A stretch of 64,000 nucleotides of DNA from Paramoeba atlantica (taxonomy: Eukaryota; Protista; Discosea), in the NCBI GenBank assembly GCA_977017575.1, contig CDRNVI010000054.1:248001-312000 (forward strand), given 5' to 3'. The notes under the pieces were generated by a model, which saw only the letters and a program-made list of their open reading frames with translations, was not told the origin of the DNA and made no database searches. Within the stretch, counting starts at the first letter, position 1. Each line of letters opens with the position of its first letter. Both the position numbers and the translations under genes were made by a program. Shown one piece after another: positions 54,701 through 62,367 of this stretch.

Positions 54701-56831
54701 TCGACTGCGCTCCCCGATGTATGAAATGGCGCGGCTGTGTAACACGCAAAATGATATTCTCGATCTAACCCTTCACGAGGACCAACACTTGCTGCCCCGC
54801 ATTGACTTGCGTCGTCGGGTTGATGAGATGCTATCGCTGTGGGTGAGTGCCACCGGGGTGAGCATCGGGGAGCTGCTCGCCACAGGGGAACCGGAATCCG
54901 TGCTTCAGTTCGTCTCCGGGCTCGGGCCATGGAAAACACGCGAGTTTTGTGCTGCCCTGCGGGAGAATCCCGAGATAGCGACCAAACGAAGACATTTACA
55001 GAGACAGTTCGAAGGTGAAACTACTGTTGGCAGAAACGCCATTGCCTGTATTCGTACATACCCTGGAGGTGCAAAAATCAAACGCCGGGACGAGGAACAG
55101 GAAGAGCAAACAGACGACGATGCTGCCATTGATCCTTTGCATGCTCTTTTAGATAGCACTCGGATTCATCCCGAACACTACCCTCAAGTGGCTGAAATCT
55201 TGCGACGCATCGCTCACCCGGATGTCACAACCACTGACGCTGCTGTTGAGGGGATTTCCACAAGATTTTCCACAACAACCATGACAACCGCCCCGTGGGA
55301 TCTACAGAAAGCACTACCCTACATCGCCACTCTAGCACCCTCCCAACTACGCTCTCGCCTGCGTGAACTCTCCCCCACCCTTTCCCTATCCACCTTCACC
55401 GCTATGGCGCCCCCCTCCCCCCTCCACGGGCGTGATCTCGAATTCGTCCTTGACGAACTTACCCACCTCACACGACGCTCCGTCCACCTCCGCAGTTTCC
55501 GCAAAGTCACCCAAATCCGCTTTTTTGAGTCCATGTGCCGTGTGACGTTTCAGCCCCAAGACGGGGCGGTGGGGACCAACACGAGTAACCGTAGTAATAG
55601 TAACAACGGTAACGATGAGAACCCCAACACGCTCTCCCTTCGTGCCACGGTCCAAGGCACCCCCTCCCCTCCCCCCGGCACCGTCCTTCGCCAAGGGGAG
55701 CGTGTCGCGTGCCAGGTCCTCCACATCAGCGCGGACCTCATCGTGACCCAAACCAACCGGCTGCTCCCGGGGCTGATTGCACGGCGCCACCTGTGTGCGG
55801 CCCGCAGCTTCGCGGACTCCCCCGAGGAGGACAACGTCGCGGCCCAGGCGCTGTGGCTGGAGGGGCTGGCCCGGGAGGAGCCGCTGCTCCGGGTCGGGGA
55901 CACCCTGGAGGGGGAGCTGCTGCAGGTGAACTACCGCAGGCTGGCGCTCACCCTCGCGTGGGACGTGCGGTGCTGTGAGAACAAGGAGGCACTGCGGGGG
56001 GCAACGTTCCGGGCCCCGCGGGAGGAGGGGGCGGAAAACAGGATGAGGCTAGGCCCGAGTGGGGGGCTGCGGGGGAATCGGGACCTTCGACGCCCCGTGC
56101 GCAGCTCCCGGGACCACTCGTGGGTGCCGACCACAATTCGGCGGAACGCGGAGGCGAGGAAAAGAGCAGCGCGGATGTTTGCCTATAAGGCAACGACCCA
56201 CCCGTTGTTTCGCCCACACTGTCGTAGTGGAGCGGAAGCCGAGGCGATGCTGCAGAAGGCGAGTGGAAATTCGTCGGCAGCTGCCGTAGGACAGTTGCTG
56301 GTACGGTACAGTGAGAAAAACCTCTTTGTGCTGTCCTTCCAGCTGAGCCCGGCGCATGTGGTGCATGCCCGGGTCTCGGAGGAGCGTACCCCCCATGGCG
56401 TGGGGTATGGGCTGGTGGAGCCCGATGGCACCCGTCACTCCTTTGAGGACGTGGACCATGTGAACATGGAGTACGTCTCCACGCTGTGCCTGCGGTTTAG
56501 AGAGCTGCAGCGTCACCCCGCGTTGTGTTGCGTGACACGGCGGCAAGAGGTGGAGAAGGCGTTGGTGGCGGAGGTGAGAGAGAAGGCCTCGGTGCCGTGG
56601 CGGCTGTATTGCTCCGCAGGATCCCCGCTGCGTCTGGCGTTTGTGGCGCTGGACCCCGGAAGCCGGAGACGACACTTTGTGTGGTACCCGTTTTGTGTGT
56701 TAAAACAGGGGTGGTATCTGTTGGAAGGGGGGAAGGGAACGCGTCATGCGACGTTGTATCACCTCGTGGCGCGGTGTAAGTTGTTGCTGCGGCGGCGTGT
56801 GGAGGGTAGAGATGGAGGAGAAAGAAGGTAG
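51777..56831 (+). CDS. SPT6: Transcription elongation factor SPT6; first ATG at 51852
   Basis: Acidic N-terminus, YqgF-like AIAVG...MAIALARRLRSP, HhH LQFVSGLGPWK, TRIHPEHY, S1-like region and C-terminal SH2 (HPLFR...GQLLVRYS). Confidence 0.85.
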   Translation: MIPNSTTSSVKGQFAIFWQINYELLMQDFENTEEHQAKVPHVELEGSEVQEQTVGQIDAQSNDLTAEQLAESNGTSTIDASGNSMTAVNNSGQSPPDTMIIGNEPATRLEAHVPTDHDLISTTLALLDKEEYEAEVPLPTDLPRDESTLQDPEPPSLDWIDQIIDPDLQYDTLKSGFLHFVFYRPPTQAPSSSEAESAAEPSGRTRKIRRDQRLVRAEAARELEDLMAPTGGRVSGDHEDMFIDDLGLTDMHGADRGATLASPGEQLVRSFFQPLLLPHDPELSKGKVATRAQLQSELEIQRRGEEALLVPIPERIQILLPDLIPDVQHGDDGADMFASALQNREIPWIVAQLSELTFLRHHRDVSLFDEEAPEGSSLSEALTFVLHHVRVEHLEPAFLMLYRQQALSPLVRLAHGYPLKSDTRLIAFQGLEQRWTHPDYAVCSHCGTRQPPGVVAETKNRNHINSPDTPTSYFVSYATNCVQCREDTVERRPCSVQLGRVLWDIVELSAQFHRATRRMNRLLQTHAEDFPLQETGVYLASSLCHPYEIEFLDSYAQFREEYLRAMSSSAASAPVEWVTMKKFPEMQHITEGKLWEAYHEWAVEGFAYARNLVVHTNMHKCPRHNILPLEWASQFTCAMLPEPQDVLSALQRYSVTDVAVQPILLSLVARQLCEGGIVEVKGSKGVARKLFSRLCKEPEGLLSLLHDPSIHFRFTLSENTWNDLLRLDSFFVAPYDDEISRAWNELRTAIQPALIREIQRHLNTTMRSHLLEIAQWHVMDSVLSRMEAILWERGYHKVTLPPTEKVEAPHLEDTWEYNWESMESLPSSEFSEAFDNPSDYSPRILGVYVPTAHDPVIFAQLSESGLLIRTWRWPSLRGDNPYSIRVKEQQLEELSRYMEEYPPHAIAVGLTPGAHNSSRTTQSVFATLQEFFQSQSTEVIWTPTDLATCYTNSIAADKEFPSLSRQERMAIALARRLRSPMYEMARLCNTQNDILDLTLHEDQHLLPRIDLRRRVDEMLSLWVSATGVSIGELLATGEPESVLQFVSGLGPWKTREFCAALRENPEIATKRRHLQRQFEGETTVGRNAIACIRTYPGGAKIKRRDEEQEEQTDDDAAIDPLHALLDSTRIHPEHYPQVAEILRRIAHPDVTTTDAAVEGISTRFSTTTMTTAPWDLQKALPYIATLAPSQLRSRLRELSPTLSLSTFTAMAPPSPLHGRDLEFVLDELTHLTRRSVHLRSFRKVTQIRFFESMCRVTFQPQDGAVGTNTSNRSNSNNGNDENPNTLSLRATVQGTPSPPPGTVLRQGERVACQVLHISADLIVTQTNRLLPGLIARRHLCAARSFADSPEEDNVAAQALWLEGLAREEPLLRVGDTLEGELLQVNYRRLALTLAWDVRCCENKEALRGATFRAPREEGAENRMRLGPSGGLRGNRDLRRPVRSSRDHSWVPTTIRRNAEARKRAARMFAYKATTHPLFRPHCRSGAEAEAMLQKASGNSSAAAVGQLLVRYSEKNLFVLSFQLSPAHVVHARVSEERTPHGVGYGLVEPDGTRHSFEDVDHVNMEYVSTLCLRFRELQRHPALCCVTRRQEVEKALVAEVREKASVPWRLYCSAGSPLRLAFVALDPGSRRRHFVWYPFCVLKQGWYLLEGGKGTRHATLYHLVARCKLLLRRRVEGRDGGERR

Positions 56832-57170
56832 GGTCAACTGGTGTAGTTGTGTCTTGTGCCGGAAAGCGATGGGAAAACACGTTTGTGGAATGACGCTGTA
56901 GTCTCTACGGCCCCCGCTAGGACTGTTCTCCGGTATTTGATTGCTTTTACGTGCCCGTTTGCATTGAATCGTACCAAAATTCTCTGAATAAGGGTTTACT
57001 GATGATGCATTGAGTCTGTACACTATTAAATGGAGCGACAGAAGTTTGTGTCTTAAAATTTAAAAGAATAGACCGATGCACAGTACTTTTGAAACTGAAC
57101 ATTTTTTCGTTTTACAATAGAACCATGGGTTCTGTTAGATACGAAGTTTTACGAATTTCAACATTTTACT

Positions 57171-57938
57171 GTGATACCTATGTCAGATGATTTGGACTAC
57201 CACGACACACGTATCACAGATGCTCTTGCAGAATGGGAAAAGAGTCTAATTTCACCAGACGTTCAACCCAATCTTGACTATCTCACTTATCAGCCTGCCC
57301 GAAAATTCATTAAATCAGAGCTCATTGAACTCCAAATTGCCCTTCACCGCTGCGATTCCCCGAAAAGAGTTAAGCAATACGAGGCCAAACAACAGGAACA
57401 TCAAAAGAAACTACGAGAACTCGAAACGCTTCTCCGCGAGCGGAGTGCAGCCCCTTTGTCGACGGCCACCGTGGAACTCTCTAGCCCGACACCTCCTGAA
57501 TCCACATCCCCAACGAAACCAATCACCCCTATCAAACCCTTTTCCGCTGGCGTCAATCAACCCTCGAATCAGCCCTCGGCATGGAAGACACTGATGCAGG
57601 CTGGGGAGGTGCAGCAAGACACGCTCGCCTCACTGCATCGCTCACAATGCCTCGTGCAGCGCTCAGAGGAACACGCTATAGAGGCGGCCAAGGGTCTGCA
57701 ACAGCAACGGGAGACACTACTGGAGGTGGATCGAGAGCTGGACCGAATGCAAAGTCATTTACGCCGCGTGCGACGGGAGTTGCAGTGGTTTGTCCGCTCT
57801 CTTGCCTCCGATAAATTTTTTATGACGACCTTGTGTTTGCTGATTTTAGCACTCTGTTTTCTGGTAGGGTATAAGATTTATGGCGCCGTGGTGCGGCATT
57901 CCGACGGTGTTCCCTCAAATACAACGGCGATGGTATAG
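57171..57938 (+). CDS. NPSN/VTI1-like Qb-SNARE; first ATG at 57180
   Basis: Coiled-coil SNARE motif QQDTLASLHRS...LQQQRETL...ELDRM...FVRSLASDK followed by a C-terminal TM helix, as in NPSN (ATDK-TM). Confidence 0.75.
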   Translation: MIPMSDDLDYHDTRITDALAEWEKSLISPDVQPNLDYLTYQPARKFIKSELIELQIALHRCDSPKRVKQYEAKQQEHQKKLRELETLLRERSAAPLSTATVELSSPTPPESTSPTKPITPIKPFSAGVNQPSNQPSAWKTLMQAGEVQQDTLASLHRSQCLVQRSEEHAIEAAKGLQQQRETLLEVDRELDRMQSHLRRVRRELQWFVRSLASDKFFMTTLCLLILALCFLVGYKIYGAVVRHSDGVPSNTTAMV

Positions 57939-57961
57939 GTACACAACAGTAATCATGTTTA

Positions 57962-58056
57962 GTCGCTTCGTTATAAGCAGTGGTTGTTTTCAACTTAGAG
58001 GCTAGCACTGCTGCGCGTTTCGAGTTGAAAACTACCTCCGCGTGTAAAGGAGCGAC
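57962..58056. repeat. 95-bp palindromic element, solo copy H7
   Basis: GTCGCTTCGTTATAAGCAGTGGTTGTTTTCAAC...GTTGAAAACTACCTCCGCGTGTAAAGGAGCGAC, TA-flanked, 23 bp after the SNARE stop. Confidence 0.8.
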
Positions 58057-58143
58057 TAGAGGAACGACTGTAATTTACACTCCTTTACAGTAAAGGAGCG
58101 ACTAAAAAGGAAATCAATTCTCCAAAAAATCAATAATAATTCC

Positions 58144-58830
58144 TTGGGAAACACGCCGTTTTCGAACAACCTTTTTACGGCGGACTTCCTGGGGACCATC
58201 CTCTTCGAGCACAAAGCCGTGGACATGCAGGCCAAGGCTAAAAACGCCCTGCAAGGTCTACCCCCAGGGGAGCCGGCCAAGGAGCAGCGCCACCTCCTGT
58301 GTGAGGCGGCCATGGGGAAATCACCCACTGCTACCCAGTTGGTCTGCATGAGACAGATTCAGGATATACACTCCACCAAATGGATAAATGCCTGGCCCAA
58401 CCGGCCGGAGTACTACATATATGTATACTACATACAAACTTTATATATACATATGTATATACGGGACCCGCAGTGGGAAACTGCAGCCCGCCTCCGGTAT
58501 CTGGGTGGGCCTACTTCGGAACCGGAACTCCAGTGCGTGTGTGGAGCAACCCTCCGTAATAAGGAGTTTTGCATCCACGCACTGGATTGCAAAAAAGTTA
58601 AGGGTAAAACCCAGGCCTCCCGCCACAAGGGGGCAAGGAAACATTAAGGAACCTCCTCCTAAACATTAAGGAACCTCCTCCGGGTTTAATCCGGACCTGT
58701 GTGAACCCCAGTTCGACAACGGGCGGGGTCCGGATATAAGCTTTCAGCTGGGGCGGAAAACCGTCCTCGTTGATGTAACCATTGTCAACCCCTTGGTACC
58801 CTCCTACGTTGGGAAGGAGGCCGCTGAGCC
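58144..58830 (+). pseudogene. 3' fragment of a CRE/SLACS-like non-LTR retrotransposon (zinc knuckle + restriction-like endonuclease)
   Basis: WETAARLRYLG...CVCG...HALDC...RH, then after a frameshift and a 21-bp duplication (58639-58681) GPDISF...VLVDVTIVNP, the PD..D REL motif. Confidence 0.7.
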
Positions 58831-59014
58831 GTCCCACACCCTGAGGACGGCCATACCCTGGACTTCGCTCCGAGTAAACTAAGCGTCATTAAGCACAATT
58901 AAACATTTTTCTTTTCCATGTGTAAGTACAATTAGGAGCGGGGGTGAAAATATAAATATATATTTGGAAAAAAAAATATAATCTATAAACCTTTTTAGTT
59001 TATATTTATAATTA

Positions 59015-60040
59015 CAGTAAACGTCACCATTCTGAGAGTCGCAAACCATTCTGAGAGTCGCGAGAATTGGGCTGTCAACGTACAACTGGCTAAAATGAGA
59101 ATGCACCTTGGAAAATGAGAATGGAGCTTCGGTCATGTGTCAACGTTCAATTCAATTTTACACTCAAGAATGAGAATTGCAAAAACAAACTCTTTCGTTC
59201 TTTCACTGCTTAACTCACTGCTTCATCTTCACTCACTGCAGAGTATGCGAGAGATCGGTGGAAATCACTGGGGATACCGTATACCCCCCCAGTAATGGAC
59301 CCCCCAGTAGCAGAGATTTCGCCATTTTTGGGCCGACACACAGTAACAAGGATTTGTCTCGGGAGGGTTGTTGGAGGGGGGGTGTCTGGACGGGAAGAGG
59401 GTGGTTGTGCAGTACCGAATCGCGTGGTTTCGGGGTTGGCTGGACAGAAGATCAACGCACTCATGAACGAAAAAGGCCTAAAGCATACCCCACCCAGTAA
59501 CAAATATTTGGCCTTTATGGTCCAAAATCGATTCTATTACTGGGGGCTATAGGTAGGTGGAGATAGATTGGGATCACAGAGGATCACTGGAGATCATTTT
59601 GATCGTTGTCCCTTCTCTTCTTCCATTCATGAAAGGCACATAAATATCTTAGTGAGCCTAAAAAAGAAAAGAAAACATTGATTTAGGTGACTACGAATAA
59701 TGAAACTTTGTTTTTCTGAAAACAAAACGCTATTACACAAAAGGAAAACTGGCGCTGTTTGACTGCGCGGTGTTCTTCTGATAGAGCGGCGACTCCACAA
59801 ACCAATGAGATAGTTGGAGATCTCTGGGGGTCATTTTTGTGCACCCAAAGCGGCCTGTTGCTCCACTGCTACCGTTTTTCATGCAAAGCGTTTTCTTTTT
59901 TAAAAATGGGAATTATGATTCGACCTCATGAAAAAGTGCCTGTCAACGTTCAACAGACCAATTCTGAGAATAGTGACGAAAAAGCCGTTTTTTCTGTGTC
60001 AACGTACAACTGAGCATTCTGAGAATAGTGACGTTTACTG
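59015..60040. mobile_element. pogo/Tigger-type non-autonomous element (1026 bp) with a possible nested 264-bp MITE (59284-59547)
   Basis: TIRs CAGTAAACGTCAC(C/T)ATTCT, TA TSD (59013-14 and 60041-42); subterminal GTCAACGT(A/T)CAA and ATTCTGAG repeats. Confidence 0.8.
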
Positions 60041-60756
60041 TATGGTTTATAATTATTAATGAGATTCGAAAAGTGATTTTTTCTTATTATGGACTTGAAA
60101 TTCTTGATTTTCGAGACAATTCGTTCAACTTGGAAACAGTTTTTAGTGCAAAGTATGTCGTACAGGTGTCTTTCTAGATAAAAAATGAAGAATTTGAGGT
60201 TTATAATTATAGAAGTGAGACTCAGAATTATAATCTCATTAAATTTCTATAAACGAACCCTTTAATGAGTTTTGGAGCCTTATAATTATTAATGAGAGGG
60301 GGAGTAGCTCGGTAGGGGCTACTGGCACCTAATGGTGTTTTCTAGTATTTCCACTTGTTTACTCGGCCCAGTTCAGACCAATTCATCAGAAAGCGCTCGA
60401 TAGGAAATAATACCATTTTCAAAGAAGGTGTAGAAATCGAATAAAATAGAAACGTTCTGTAGGACAATAAACTGCAGTGCGCTTTGCACTGAAAACAAGA
60501 GGTTTAACAACACTTTTACAATACACTAAAAGAAACACATGTAGGGTCATGCTTTTACTTTCTCACCCCTATACTAAATGACTACGATCGACATGACGTG
60601 CTAAAAAAAATTGTATGCGTTTTATAAAAAAAAGTATGATGCGGAAAAAGTGGATAAAAAATAAAATAAGGAAACGTGCAAGGAAAAAATCCCAGAAAAA
60701 CAGTAAAATTTATCTATTAAAAAATCTGCTTTCGAACCCTTGACTCCTTACCAATC

Positions 60757-62135
60757 TTAATCCCGTTCCTTCCGCTTTTTTCTTTTTCCTTTTAGATGCA
60801 CTTGCATGCATCGGCATGCGTGTTCAGCACGTTTCGCCTCTTCGATTGTTTCATAACAAACAAAGGCGAGATGTTTGTTAGACAGAAGGGTCATTTTGAC
60901 TATCGTTCCGAAGGACGAAAAAAACGTTCGAAAACTTTCCTTGCTCACTTCCACAGGAATGCATTTCACGGTGATCGAAAAGGGGTCGAGATCCGTGTAC
61001 TCGGACTCCAACTCCTTTTTTGCTTTTTTAAGTTCAAGTTCCGTATCTTTTACTTTCTCTTTGCTCTTAATTAATTGTGTTGAGGGCCACACAGCCTTTG
61101 TGATATGCATAGGCAAATCCCCATTCCACTGGAAAGTTTCCTTGAGAAGCCTTATCATGGTGCTGTGCCTTTTTGGGGTAAAATTCTACACCTGACCCCT
61201 TCTCAACGTATTGCATAAAGGAAGGGGCTTTTCGTATATACCGAACACCATCGATATTGTCGTATGACAAATTGTGAGGGTTGGCATTCCTAATCTGGGT
61301 TTACCCAGAGAGGGTCCACCAACCCGCCATTATCACGGCGCAGTAGACGCACCATGGCAGGCCTGGCACCACGAAGGCCAGAAAAAAGGCACTTTCATGG
61401 AGAATCAGGCACACCCCACTGAAGGGGCCGACCACACGAAGGAGGTGGTCTCTCCAGCATCCGAACAAGTCGGATATCGAAGAGGCCTCCATACGCTGTC
61501 AGGAAATACTTTCCGAGGTGCTTTTCGCGCCTCCATGAGCTGCTGGGCGATAGTAGAACGTTCCGGCTTGCTCTTATTCGTAAATTCCATATCCACAAAC
61601 TCAAGAAGAGTATTCTGAAACAAAAGCTCCGCCGCCCCATGCATCAACGCAACTACAAAGGGGATCCCGTAAGGAGTGTCGTACCGCAGAAAACGATACG
61701 CTTCCCAAATTGCCTCCGTCAACGATAACGAAGGTGGGATCAACACCTCAGTTGCTTCTGCTTCTGCTGAAGTTGTACTACTGAAGTTTCTGTACTACTA
61801 CTCCTCCTCTCATTAATTTCTATAAATTATAACAAAAAAGAAAATTTATATTTATATTTATATTTATAGAAATTAATGAGAATGGTTAGGCAAAAAGTCC
61901 TGATTAATGATCCTGCCTGATGGAAAAACGCTATTTTTCTGCGATAAGCTATCGCGGAGCGTGAGATACAAAGCCCTTGTCGAAATTGAGGGTCAATTTT
62001 TTCTGCGGTGTTCTCCCCTCTATCCTAGTTTTTCCTGTTTTCTTTTTAAAAATATAATTTTTTGAAGATCGATAATTTTTTTCTGAAAAATTAGGAATGG
62101 CATTTATAGAAATTAATGAGAAGAGGAGTAGTCAT
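60757..62135 (-). pseudogene. Frameshifted minus-strand gene with C-terminal coiled-coil + RRM, 5' end disrupted by a MITE
   Basis: RRM: ITVKCI (RNP2), FRTFFSSFGTI, HLAFVCYETIEEA (RNP1). Upstream pieces lie in different frames; removing MITE 61801-62128 restores ATG ACT AGT AGT. Confidence 0.55.
61801..62128. mobile_element. Stowaway-like Tc1/mariner MITE (328 bp)
   Basis: 27-bp TIRs CTCCTC(C/T)TCTCATTAATTTCTATAAAT, TA TSD (61799-800 and 62129-30); a related solo end at about 60280-60304. Confidence 0.85.
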
Positions 62136-62367
62136 AAAATGGGAAATAGTTGCGAAGCGCTCCACTGTATTTAGGAATAAGATCCTATGTTGTGCAGTAT
62201 TTTTATTGTAAAAAGCCTACATAGATGAAAGTAATACGATTGCTTGTAAGCCTTTTCCGAAATTTGTATTTTGACATTTTTTTAGACTCAGCTTGAGTTC
62301 CACCTCGGCGTATAAACGGTTACATTTTTACTCCCATCACTATGTTCATTAACGCATAGATTTTTTT

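Noticed and set aside
13173-56780. Many long antisense or alternate-frame ORFs (e.g. 18366-19196, 39183-40034, 47522-48535, 35362-35940)
   Set aside because: Shadows of real genes in GC-rich, skewed islands where stop codons are rare; low-complexity translations with no family motifs.
61785-61797. AGTTTCTGTACTA, matching the conserved core of the kinetoplastid spliced-leader exon
   Set aside because: Only 13 nt; lacks the 5' AACTAA part and the downstream TTG/GT donor, and it lies antisense within the RRM pseudogene 5' region.
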